From a virus (taxonomy: Duplodnaviria; Caudoviricetes), in the IMG/VR virus record IMGVR_UViG_3300048577_000486, positions 1 through 37,483 of that record: DNA of 37,483 bases, one strand, 5' to 3'. Under the pieces are notes generated by a model. It had not been told where the DNA came from, ran no database searches, and was given only the letters and a program-made list of their open reading frames with translations. Shown here piece after piece: positions 18,923 to 27,243 of this stretch. Made by a program: the position numbers and the translations under genes. Numbering within the stretch: position 1 is the stretch's first letter; the number at the start of each line of letters is the position of its first letter.

Positions 18923-19641
18923 GCCGCTTTAGTTGGTTTGTGCGCCTCTGCTAACTGTTTAGCATAGTCGCTGTTTTCGTAATCAATAACTAAAGTTTGA
19001 TATACAACACTTGCCTTTTGGTCAAGTATTGAATCGTATTTTAAAAGATCGCCTTTGGCCAATGCGTGAAGGGTTGTAAAAAAACCATACTTTTCAAACC
19101 TTGAGATACCGGCTTGAACCTGCTCTTTAGTTGGCTTATACTCTGTTAGTTTTTTATACTTGGCAAAGAATGTTTCAAGTTGATTTCTGAAATAAATCGC
19201 AATCGGCCTTGCATCCTCAAAAGGCATGTTCATTATATCAATCCCGGTATAAATCTGTGCAACATTGGCTAAACTTTCGCTAACAGTTAATAAACCGTTT
19301 ACACTGTTTTTAATGTGCATTTTTGAGGCCTCAAGCATGGACCATGATTTATCACCGATATTAATATTAGCAACAGTTTCGGGAACTGACTTAATTAAAA
19401 GAATTGGCTCGTCAATGAAATTTAAGTGAGGCTTTATTTTTTGTAGAGAAAAATCATCGAACTGAAGAACTAAATCACTGCCTGATAAGTCTTGAATGTT
19501 TTTTAACGTGCGTAAATGTTCGCTTTGAATTGATGAATTGCGCTCTATTGATACAAAATCTTTATATAAAAACTCCCGGTAACTTGTTTTAATCTCAACA
19601 AGTTCTGCTCCTTTGTTAGTATTTACATCAATTCTCAACAT
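18919..19641 (-). CDS. Hypothetical protein, possible tail assembly chaperone
   Basis: FEKYGFFTTLHALAKGDLLKYDSIL; first gene after a promoter/operator. Confidence 0.5.
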   Translation of the reverse strand: MLRIDVNTNKGAELVEIKTSYREFLYKDFVSIERNSSIQSEHLRTLKNIQDLSGSDLVLQFDDFSLQKIKPHLNFIDEPILLIKSVPETVANINIGDKSWSMLEASKMHIKNSVNGLLTVSESLANVAQIYTGIDIMNMPFEDARPIAIYFRNQLETFFAKYKKLTEYKPTKEQVQAGISRFEKYGFFTTLHALAKGDLLKYDSILDQKASVVYQTLVIDYENSDYAKQLAEAHKPTKAA

Positions 19642-19644
19642 TAA

Positions 19645-19678
19645 ATATTCAATTTTTGAATATTCAAATATAGAATAT
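19645..19678 (-). promoter_or_regulatory. Two overlapping ATATTCAA-N3-TTGAATAT palindromes and a -7 element
   Basis: 19645-19663 is perfect and 19660-19678 has one mismatch; TATATTTG on minus at 19672-19665. Confidence 0.65.
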
Positions 19679-19686
19679 TTTAGATA

Positions 19687-21240
19687 TTACGCTAACAAAC
19701 TTTTTACACGAATTTTAGTTGATTTAAGTTCAAACCATTCACGAAGAGACAAACAATCGGAGAAGTCAGGTGAACGGCCATTAGTAAATATTTTCTGTTC
19801 GGCTTTGCTGTTCAATGTTTTTTGGCCACGTTCGTTTGTCTTACCTCGTTTAATGGCTTTTAAGTCCTGCTTGATTAATTCCCGAACATCAAAGGTTTTG
19901 CCACCAACTTTAACTTGTGTACTGTATATTTTTTGGCCACCCGACATAATAACAACAGATTGGCTGCTGATGTTTATTTTAACTAAACAATCATTTACAC
20001 GTTTGCTAAGCCTAAAGTAGCATTGTGTTTTAAGCATGTCGTAACTTTCTTTAATTTGGGTGTTTGGGTCTGGTAACGAAGGACCGCCACCGTGGAAACC
20101 TTGATACCCTCCCATTTTAACGGTACCATCTCCAACACCATCTTGATCAACCAATACATTTGACTTACCTATGTTGTGCGATTTTCGGTATTCCTCAATT
20201 GATTCAACAATTTCATGGGCCTCAGACTTATAAAATACAGTAATCTTAACAACTTCCCAACCATGCCAAACCATTATCACGCAAAAATCACGGCCAAAAC
20301 GTGCCGCATCGCAAGTAATGTAACGGTTATTATTTTCCTCTGGGAAATTGGTCCATAAATTATCAAGCTTGTTGTGTTCAAATAGCGACAAATCGTCCGT
20401 TTTTATTTTCCAATTCCCAAGTAGTAGTTGTGCTTTGGTGTTTTCATCCTGCGAAAGTAAGTTGGCCAAGTATTCAGGGTTCTTGCTCATTAACTCGCGG
20501 TTATTATAGATTGAACCAGGAATGAATGTTACCGATTTAACCATGTTGTCGGGTGTTGTTTCGGCCAAACGTGCCGTTTCTACAATCTCAGGGGCTGCAT
20601 CAATAACCTCTTGCTTAGTATCACCCCAAACAATGTTATCGTTTACCTTAATGAAGTAACGAAGTTTACCGCAACGTTCCGGAATTGGTAAACCATAAGT
20701 TGGCGATGTATCGTCTTGGTCAATCCACCACTCAATAAACGAAGCGACCCAACTATCAGGGTCAGGGTTACAAGTTGCACGAACGTAAGGCTTTACAGAT
20801 GATACCGAACGATTACGGGAGAGCAAATAAAAGAACTGCTTTTCGGTAAAATGCGTTAACTCGTCAAATGCGATAAAGGGATATTGCGCTCCCTGATGGT
20901 CGAATATATTATTTTCGTGTTCGAGGTGCTGAAACTTAACGGTGGCTTTGCTCTGGAACTTCCACTTTAAGTCTGAACTATTAGGCACTCCGCCAATCCC
21001 GGCATAAAAAGATGAAGTATCCCACAAACCACCATCGTTTTTAATTTGTGGGTAGGTGCGCCTAAATATTACTGCTCTAAATTGTGGGTTGGTGATGTGT
21101 CGCAATGGTTCCATCAACAGCGCATAGGTTTTGCCAGCACCTGCAGCACCTCCACCAATAACAATATCGGCAGAGGAACGGAGAAAATCCATTTGAAACC
21201 CGTCTTGCGGTTTAATTTTCTGCATCGCTATCTCTGCCAT
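19687..21240 (-). CDS. terL: Terminase large subunit
   Basis: GGAAGAGKT (Walker A), FIAFDE (Walker B), ATCNP, and a C-terminal nuclease region (CDAAR..D, SPD.SD). Confidence 0.92.
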   Translation of the reverse strand: MAEIAMQKIKPQDGFQMDFLRSSADIVIGGGAAGAGKTYALLMEPLRHITNPQFRAVIFRRTYPQIKNDGGLWDTSSFYAGIGGVPNSSDLKWKFQSKATVKFQHLEHENNIFDHQGAQYPFIAFDELTHFTEKQFFYLLSRNRSVSSVKPYVRATCNPDPDSWVASFIEWWIDQDDTSPTYGLPIPERCGKLRYFIKVNDNIVWGDTKQEVIDAAPEIVETARLAETTPDNMVKSVTFIPGSIYNNRELMSKNPEYLANLLSQDENTKAQLLLGNWKIKTDDLSLFEHNKLDNLWTNFPEENNNRYITCDAARFGRDFCVIMVWHGWEVVKITVFYKSEAHEIVESIEEYRKSHNIGKSNVLVDQDGVGDGTVKMGGYQGFHGGGPSLPDPNTQIKESYDMLKTQCYFRLSKRVNDCLVKINISSQSVVIMSGGQKIYSTQVKVGGKTFDVRELIKQDLKAIKRGKTNERGQKTLNSKAEQKIFTNGRSPDFSDCLSLREWFELKSTKIRVKSLLA

Positions 21241-21631
21241 TGTCAGGTAAAAAAACTTGAACAAGGTTCATCTTCTCACCGCCTGAGGTAATATCGGTTT
21301 TATGAACGTATAGGCCTTGAAGTTTGGCCATATCTTGAAGTACATCCAAGGCTAACGTCTTGTTTCGCTCCATAGCCCAATCTAACAACTTCATTCGGCT
21401 TTGGATGTGGAAACCACGCAACGATTCTATGTTTTGGCCAGACAATGTTTTAAAATCATCAAACGCTTTATTCACATAATGCTGTGCCATACGAGGTGTA
21501 ATACCCCAAGCACTTGCCACTTGCGTAACTATGTCTTTAGGGTTTTTACCTAACACTAAATATTCCTGAATAATGCGGATGCGTTTTAGTTTCTCAACCT
21601 TATCTGCTCCATTGTTGCGTGGCTTGGCCAT
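21212..21631 (-). CDS. Putative terminase small subunit
   Basis: HTH-like N-terminus, KLQGLY and DITSGGEK; directly upstream of terL. Confidence 0.65.
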   Translation of the reverse strand: MAKPRNNGADKVEKLKRIRIIQEYLVLGKNPKDIVTQVASAWGITPRMAQHYVNKAFDDFKTLSGQNIESLRGFHIQSRMKLLDWAMERNKTLALDVLQDMAKLQGLYVHKTDITSGGEKMNLVQVFLPDNGRDSDAEN

Positions 21632-21894
21632 TATTTTTTCCTTATACCTGACATAAACTCAATAGCCTTGATGTGTTGTTCCATCATGCTAATTTGCCTA
21701 CGGATAACCATTTCCTCAATCTTTTCTCGCTCGGACCTATTGTCTTCTTTTAAAAGCGGATCGGTTGGCAAATAAGTTTTGTGTTGCTGTTTTAGCAAAT
21801 CAAGTTGCCCTTTTAAATAATCTAAAACATCCATAGCTGATATTTCAATTTCAATTGATTTTACGGCAACCGTTTTTTTTCTTTTATCTACCAT
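21631..21894 (-). CDS. Hypothetical protein
   Basis: 87 aa; stop overlaps the next start. Confidence 0.65.
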   Translation of the reverse strand: MVDKRKKTVAVKSIEIEISAMDVLDYLKGQLDLLKQQHKTYLPTDPLLKEDNRSEREKIEEMVIRRQISMMEQHIKAIEFMSGIRKK

Positions 21895-21906
21895 GCCGCT
21901 AATTTA

Positions 21907-23307
21907 TTACTCTTCGATATTTTTTACTGCAACATCGCCAAACTCTTCTTTAATCGCCTTGGGGTCTCCTTTGTAAAAAACAAGTATGTTTTGATGTACA
22001 CGGCCAATTTTGCGCGAGCCTTGAAATTGTTTAGTAACTCTTACCGGAACTGAGCCAGCCACATTTAAAAGTATAATTTCATTGTAAAATGATGCTCCTG
22101 CATACTCAAACGCTTCAATAGTATCTTTAACGAAGTTTTTATAAAACCCTTTGTTGCCTCTGATTTCTGAAACAACAAAGCAAGCGAAGCGGTTTTGCTT
22201 TAACTTTTCAACAGACTTTTGTATGATAGACGAATACACTTCAAAAAACGATTGATAATCCATGTTTGATAAATCGGCAGGGTCTTCGCTGTACTTTTCT
22301 AAATCGTGGTAAGGAGGACACGAGAAAACCAAATCAGCGTAATCATTTTTAATATTATCAAGTACAATGTTGCTATCTCCAACCTCCCAAGATGGCGAAG
22401 TATTATTTACACAAAGCTCTTTAGCTTGGTTGTAGTTTGCGTTTACTTGGTCCGCCCTTAAATCAATACCATGATAGTTAAATCCAAGCATTGATGCCAC
22501 TATACCACGAACCGAACCGCCTGCAAAGGGGTCGAGGATATGTCCACCAGGTATTCCAAACCAAGAATAAAGCACTTCACAAAGTACTGGGTCGAAAATG
22601 CTTGCACCCTCATAAATGTGCATCCCTTGTTTTTTGGCCTCGGCAATGATTTCATCCCATTCAGGGTCGCGGCCTAATACCTCACGCATTTTATTTCGCA
22701 ATTCGTAAACGCCTGATGATTGGCCAGACTTTGCCACCAATTCAATATCTTCTCGCGTTTCTTGTGAGTTAAGGCCAATTTTAGCCCACGTGCGTTTGCG
22801 TTCTTGCCAATAACCCTGACGAGTATCTATAACGCTAAAAGGCGGAGCGAGGAAACGCTCGGTAAGAGATTGCTTGGCTTCCTGCTTTTCCATGTCAGAA
22901 AGCGTATCAATGGCCTTAAAATTAATATCGGTTGTTTTTAAACCGAAGTCTTTTAACTCCTCGATGGTAAAGTTAAAGTTTTCCTGCAAGGCCTTTATAT
23001 CCCATTCGCCACGGTGCGTATTATCAACCACCATACGCTTGTTTTGCGCCTCTTCTGGTACATCATGTTCAATAAACACCGGTGCGGTTTTATAGCCCAA
23101 CAAACGCTGTGCTTTAATCCTTTGTTGCCCGGCATAACAAATGTAACGGCCATCCTTGAAGTTAATCAAAGATGGCCGTTGCTCCAAGTATTGCTTGTCC
23201 GCTTCAATATCGCGGCATAAAGCCTTTAATTCGCTATCCTCAATCGTTCTTGGGTTGTTTTCCAACAACTCGATTAGGTCAATATCTATGTATTTGTGTT
23301 CAATCAT
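21907..23307 (-). CDS. ParB-like domain fused to a DNA amino-methyltransferase
   Basis: ENNPRTI...AGQQR (ParB/Srx-like), DPFAGG (motif I) and SCPPY (motif IV); ATG at 23307. Confidence 0.85.
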   Translation of the reverse strand: MIEHKYIDIDLIELLENNPRTIEDSELKALCRDIEADKQYLEQRPSLINFKDGRYICYAGQQRIKAQRLLGYKTAPVFIEHDVPEEAQNKRMVVDNTHRGEWDIKALQENFNFTIEELKDFGLKTTDINFKAIDTLSDMEKQEAKQSLTERFLAPPFSVIDTRQGYWQERKRTWAKIGLNSQETREDIELVAKSGQSSGVYELRNKMREVLGRDPEWDEIIAEAKKQGMHIYEGASIFDPVLCEVLYSWFGIPGGHILDPFAGGSVRGIVASMLGFNYHGIDLRADQVNANYNQAKELCVNNTSPSWEVGDSNIVLDNIKNDYADLVFSCPPYHDLEKYSEDPADLSNMDYQSFFEVYSSIIQKSVEKLKQNRFACFVVSEIRGNKGFYKNFVKDTIEAFEYAGASFYNEIILLNVAGSVPVRVTKQFQGSRKIGRVHQNILVFYKGDPKAIKEEFGDVAVKNIEE

Positions 23308-23312
23308 CAAAA

Positions 23313-23336
23313 CAAAGATATTCAAAAATTGAATAT
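23313..23336 (-). promoter_or_regulatory. -7 element TATCTTTG overlapped by ATATTCAA-N3-TTGAATAT
   Basis: -7 element at 23320-23313; palindrome at 23318-23336. Confidence 0.65.
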
Positions 23337-23365
23337 TTAGCGAAACAAAAAGAAACTAAATAGAT

Positions 23366-23578
23366 TTATGATTTAGATATCTCTTTTTGCTTTGGAACTA
23401 TAATTCCGTTATCGACCAACAATTTTTTATGGTCTTTATCCGATAGTTTTTCATGATTAACCTTTACCCATATCTCATGAGCAGATAGTTTTTTATGAAG
23501 CATCTCTTTTGATTTGTATACAGCAACACTTATGTCATTATGTAAATTATCTGTGTTTTCACTCATTTTGTTATCCAT
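23366..23578 (-). CDS. Hypothetical protein
   Basis: First ATG at 23578. Confidence 0.5.
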   Translation of the reverse strand: MDNKMSENTDNLHNDISVAVYKSKEMLHKKLSAHEIWVKVNHEKLSDKDHKKLLVDNGIIVPKQKEISKS

Positions 23579-23589
23579 TTTATTAAATT

Positions 23590-23925
23590 TTACTCCCAAG
23601 GATTATTGCCAGTAATTTCAGTAAATACCTTTTTAAACTCACTAACCTTTTCAGGTAATATGTTACTTAGTGATTGAACATGCATTGCCGGTGGCAAAGG
23701 TAATTTTAGTGCATGAGCCAGATTATCTAACGAATCAATCAATTGGCCTAATTTTTCAAATTGTTCTTCCATGAGTTTTCCGGAACCGCTTATAAGAGTA
23801 GGTTGCGGTAATGCTTCTAATATCTCACGGAATCTAATCATGTAATCATGTTCCTCTTTTTCGTTGTGTACATACTTCATTCGCTCATACACCCATTTTA
23901 AGTGTTTAATATCTTTGTCTTTCAT
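23590..23925 (-). CDS. Hypothetical cassette-like protein, possibly a fusion of two units
   Basis: ATG at 23925 lies 36 nt from hairpin A. Confidence 0.6.
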   Translation of the reverse strand: MKDKDIKHLKWVYERMKYVHNEKEEHDYMIRFREILEALPQPTLISGSGKLMEEQFEKLGQLIDSLDNLAHALKLPLPPAMHVQSLSNILPEKVSEFKKVFTEITGNNPWE

Positions 23926-23961
23926 ATTAAATGTATTGTTTATAGTATTTTTAAAAAAAGC

Positions 23962-24038
23962 CGCTAACAAACTATTGTGGCAATTGCGGCCAACATTGCC
24001 ACCACACACCGCAACAGCCCACAATAGGACTGTTATGC
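23962..24038. repeat. attC-like hairpin A
   Basis: CGCTAAC...CTATTGTGG...TTGCGG / CCGCAA...CCACAATAG...GTTATGC. Confidence 0.65.
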
Positions 24039-24084
24039 TCCATTGCTACTTGACCGCTTCGATTTGACATTTTTGGAAGTGTTT

Positions 24085-24297
24085 TTAATCTTTTTTTCTC
24101 CCAACGCTTCCAGTCGTTTTCATTACCGATTTTCGTATAATGCAAATTGTATTTTCAAATGGTTCTGCAAAATCAAATCTGTCAAGCGTAAATTTGGAAA
24201 CACCCAAGTTTGGGTTTTCATAGCATAAAGCGGATAAGCTCCCATAGTATTTATGGGAGTTTTCCGATTTGATTTCTAAGTGGAAAATTTTACGCAT
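24085..24297 (-). CDS. Small protein, possibly DNA-binding
   Basis: 70 aa, YYGSLSALC...LGVSKFTL; overlaps the upstream ORF. Confidence 0.6.
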   Translation of the reverse strand: MRKIFHLEIKSENSHKYYGSLSALCYENPNLGVSKFTLDRFDFAEPFENTICIIRKSVMKTTGSVGRKKD

Positions 24298-24565
24298 TTT
24301 CTTTGATTCTTATAGCATACATATCCCAAATCAAAACTTCACCTATTGTTGTTGTTTTAACCTTTGGAGAAGTTTCATTTCTTAATTTTTCCAAAATAGC
24401 CATTTCAGTTTTTGCTGTTGATAATGATTTAAACTTAATGTCTTTTTCAGCCATAAATACATTTCCTCTTGAAATTGTTGGTCTCATAACTTTAGCAATT
24501 TCTAAAATGTTAGCATTTGCCCTGATTGCGAAAAGTGGTGAGTTGTGTAAATCTTGAATTTTCAT
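24290..24565 (-). CDS. Hypothetical protein
   Basis: ATG at 24565, downstream of a consensus promoter. Confidence 0.65.
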   Translation of the reverse strand: MKIQDLHNSPLFAIRANANILEIAKVMRPTISRGNVFMAEKDIKFKSLSTAKTEMAILEKLRNETSPKVKTTTIGEVLIWDMYAIRIKENA

Positions 24566-24589
24566 TTCTATTTGTTTTAATTCCTGATA

Positions 24590-24621
24590 CAAATATAAGC
24601 CGCTTATTTGTAACTACCAAA
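24590..24621 (-). promoter_or_regulatory. Bacteroidota primary-sigma promoter
   Basis: TTTG-N20-TATATTTG with an overlapping TAAGC-C-GCTTA palindrome. Confidence 0.7.
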
Positions 24622-24766
24622 CATTTTTACAAATATTTTTCACCTATTTGTAATTTTCTTTGTAAAGTGCTGATTTTCAATGTAAATAATTTTAGCCCGC
24701 TGCACAAAAAAAGATTAAAAACACCTTGCTCCGATTGAAATTCCTCGTTAATAAACCGCAACGAGA

Positions 24767-24821
24767 GTATAACAGCGGTTTGGCGGCATTAAAACGACCG
24801 CCAAACCGCAAAACGTTAGCC
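24767..24821. repeat. attC-like hairpin B
   Basis: GTATAAC-A-GCGGTTTGGCGG / CCGCCAAACCGC-AAAAC-GTTAGCC. Confidence 0.7.
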
Positions 24822-24827
24822 GCAAGC

Positions 24828-25097
24828 CTAAACGACCTGCAAGCCCATGACAACAAAACCTTCCTGAATACCAAATTGGCTTCCTTGTAAAATGTAGCTC
24901 ACTTTTCGGTGGAGTATCCGACCAGTATATTTGTCATCATTAAGGCCATCTTCATAGTAGCCTTTTGGAACATACTCTTTTAAAAGCAATTCATCGCCTT
25001 CTGAAAAGTATCTGTCATTTTTTCTAACCTCAAAGGTTTTGTTGCCGTTTTTTACTTGCTCAAAGTATTCAGGCCAAGTTTTTAATTCGTGTATCAT
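24828..25097 (-). CDS. ASCH/PUA-like (DUF3850-type) protein
   Basis: HELKTWPEYF...G.KTFEVRKNDR.F..GD.L.L. Confidence 0.85.
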   Translation of the reverse strand: MIHELKTWPEYFEQVKNGNKTFEVRKNDRYFSEGDELLLKEYVPKGYYEDGLNDDKYTGRILHRKVSYILQGSQFGIQEGFVVMGLQVV

Positions 25098-25125
25098 TTT
25101 TATTTGTGTTGTGAGAAAGGCCAGC

Positions 25126-25219
25126 GGCTAACAGCGGTTTTGCAATAGCCGCCTGACACATCTCGGTTAATAATTAAGTTCTACTTTGGCGGCCATCGCA
25201 AAGCCGCAAAACGTTAGCG
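25126..25219. repeat. attC-like hairpin C
   Basis: GGCTAAC-A-GCGGTTTTGC...GCCGCC / GGCGGC...GCAAAGCCGC-AAAAC-GTTAGCG. Confidence 0.7.
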
Positions 25220-25229
25220 TAATTTCTAC

Positions 25230-25973
25230 TCATACCCTCCTAAAGTCTACACTATCCGATTTCGCACCAAGTAGTACATGGTTAGTCATTTGAAACAAAC
25301 GGCCACTAATCCTATCACCATACATGGCCTCAACTTCTTTGTTTAGAAGATTATCGGTAAAGTGGGTTAACAATCCGTGTTTCGTCCACAACAAATACCT
25401 GGTATCGATTATCTCTCCAATTACATTTCTATCCTTTTTAGAGAAGTGGCCACCAAGACTTTCTTTACCCAAATCATCAATCATTAGGTGATTAAGTGTT
25501 GGCTTCTTTCCATCAACCGTAACTTTTACTGCATTGGTTGTGTATTGGGTAATAGCATCACCGTTTAAATTAAACTGATCAACTATTTCTAAAACCGACT
25601 TAATGCCGAACTTGTGTCCTATTTTGGTGGCTTGCCAAATACGGAACAACATTGTTTTCCCGCTTCCGGTATTGCCCGTTATCCTTATGCCTTTGCGAAT
25701 GTCGAGGCCTCGTTTTTTTGCCTCCTCTTTTTCGCCAAGGAAATAATAAACCAATCCTTCAACCACCGATGCATGTTCTAAGTTTAGCCCTTTGTATTTT
25801 TTGTAGTGGTAAACTTCATCGTTGCTTTCCCTCTTGGCGAACTCTTGGGCGTGTCTGTTAAATATGTTTAGTGCTTTGGGGTAATTAAGAGCCAAAGTCT
25901 TTTCTTCCTGAGTGTAAGTTTCCGGGTGTTGGACCCGGCCTATTGCCTCCAAAACTCGATTGATTGGTTCCAT
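25230..25973 (-). CDS. DnaC/IstB-like P-loop ATPase (helicase loader)
   Basis: GNTGSGKT, LMIDDLGKE and YGDRI.GR; follows the putative initiator. Confidence 0.8.
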   Translation of the reverse strand: MEPINRVLEAIGRVQHPETYTQEEKTLALNYPKALNIFNRHAQEFAKRESNDEVYHYKKYKGLNLEHASVVEGLVYYFLGEKEEAKKRGLDIRKGIRITGNTGSGKTMLFRIWQATKIGHKFGIKSVLEIVDQFNLNGDAITQYTTNAVKVTVDGKKPTLNHLMIDDLGKESLGGHFSKKDRNVIGEIIDTRYLLWTKHGLLTHFTDNLLNKEVEAMYGDRISGRLFQMTNHVLLGAKSDSVDFRRV

Positions 25974-26613
25974 TTTTTTCTTTAGTTAACTTGTCGATTA
26001 TTACCTTGATTGTGTTTCTGAAGTGTTGCGTATTGGAGAAGCTGTCTCCCTTGTAGTCTTTGTCAAGCCTATCAAGAACCTGCTTAACCGATAGGCCTGT
26101 ACCATACACCCTTTGCTCGGTGTAGTTTTGGTGTGCCATCATTACTACTTCGCTTGGTAGTTTGGTGTGCATTTCGTTTCCGATGTACCACAACAAAACT
26201 TTTTGCTCGGCCTCGGGCGCAGGAAATAAATTATCTTTAATTACTCTATCACTTACACTAACACTTCCACTATCACTTACGGTTGATTTTGTTAAACCAT
26301 CACCAACACTTTCAACACTTGTTGAGTTTGTTAGATTTTGTTGTTCTTTCGCTGTCTTTTTTGCCTCTGCACTTGCTTGTCCGGCTAAGCTTCGTTTATG
26401 TTTAATTGTCTCGTACTTAACTAAATCTCTTTTTAACGACTGCTCTATTGGCCTAAATGCAATTGCTACTATTTTATTTGGAGCAATTGGGTTTCTATCG
26501 TTAACAAATGCTAACACATGTTTAAATAGTTGGCCTGCCTCTTTATCTGTTAACTCTTGTACAGTTGCATCAACATCACAATAGAGCAGGAATGATTTTT
26601 TATCTTTTGCCAT
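25885..26613 (-). CDS. Putative replication initiator (DUF6291-like N-terminus)
   Basis: KKSFLLY...LTDKEAGQLFK...RSLAG; paired with the loader ATPase. Confidence 0.7.
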   Translation of the reverse strand: MAKDKKSFLLYCDVDATVQELTDKEAGQLFKHVLAFVNDRNPIAPNKIVAIAFRPIEQSLKRDLVKYETIKHKRSLAGQASAEAKKTAKEQQNLTNSTSVESVGDGLTKSTVSDSGSVSVSDRVIKDNLFPAPEAEQKVLLWYIGNEMHTKLPSEVVMMAHQNYTEQRVYGTGLSVKQVLDRLDKDYKGDSFSNTQHFRNTIKVIIDKLTKEKNGTNQSSFGGNRPGPTPGNLHSGRKDFGS

Positions 26614-26614
26614 T

Positions 26615-27097
26615 TTAAATTCCTTTCATGAATGCAATCCATTTTGTTCGTCCGTGTTTACCACTTGGATGTCCAAAAAGGGGATTACCACCTATTACTT
26701 GTAGTATTTTATTAGTTGTTATTTGAGCTTCATTCCACTTAAAAATAAGTGTTCCATAAGGCTGTAGAACTCGCATAGCTTCATCAAAACCAGCTTTAAT
26801 GTCTTGTTCCCATGTAGGAAGAAGAACCCCATACTTTTGTGCCATCCATGTATCCTTGCCAAGTTTGTTCAAGTGAGGGGGATCAAATACAACCAGATGG
26901 AAAGTATTGTCTTCGAATGGCATATTTCTAAAATCTGAAATGATATCTGGTTTAACTTCAAGAGTTCTGCCATCACATAACTCAGATTTAATATCTCTAA
27001 CATCTGCAAAAACAACGTTTGGATGATTCTTATTAAACCAAAACATTCTCGAGCCACAGCAACAATCCAAAATGTATTTATCTTTATTTACTTGCAT
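26615..27097 (-). CDS. Small SAM-dependent methyltransferase, probably DNA adenine
   Basis: LDCCCGSRMFW and FDPPH. Confidence 0.8.
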   Translation of the reverse strand: MQVNKDKYILDCCCGSRMFWFNKNHPNVVFADVRDIKSELCDGRTLEVKPDIISDFRNMPFEDNTFHLVVFDPPHLNKLGKDTWMAQKYGVLLPTWEQDIKAGFDEAMRVLQPYGTLIFKWNEAQITTNKILQVIGGNPLFGHPSGKHGRTKWIAFMKGI

Positions 27098-27243
27098 TAA
27101 ATTTTTAGTTTAAGTTGACCTTTTGCTTTTACCTCTTGAAACACTTCCTCCCAAAACTTTACTATATCATCAAATGAGTAACCCTTTTTAATAAGGGTGT
27201 TATTGATGTTACTTACACGCTCGTGTACTTCTTGGTATGTCAT
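27097..27243 (-). CDS. 48-aa hypothetical protein (not in the ORF track)
   Basis: MTYQEVHERV...QLKLKI; overlaps both neighbours (ATGA and TAATG junctions). Confidence 0.6.
   Translation of the reverse strand: MTYQEVHERVSNINNTLIKKGYSFDDIVKFWEEVFQEVKAKGQLKLKI

Larger units (their letters stand above)
24079..24724. repeat. Perfect 19-bp inverted repeat pair (24079-24097 and 24706-24724)
   Basis: GTGTTTTTAATCTTTTTTT and AAAAAAAGATTAAAAACAC. Confidence 0.8.

Noticed and set aside
23926-24024. Upstream extension of ORF 23590-24024
   Set aside because: It translates through hairpin A; ATG 23925 is preferred.
24692-24874. 60-aa ORF
   Set aside because: It spans hairpin B and the inverted repeat; likely spurious.
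23962-25219. CRISPR array or plain terminators
   Set aside because: The repeats are not identical, spacing is gene-sized, there are no cas genes, and terminators would not explain the end complementarity across units.
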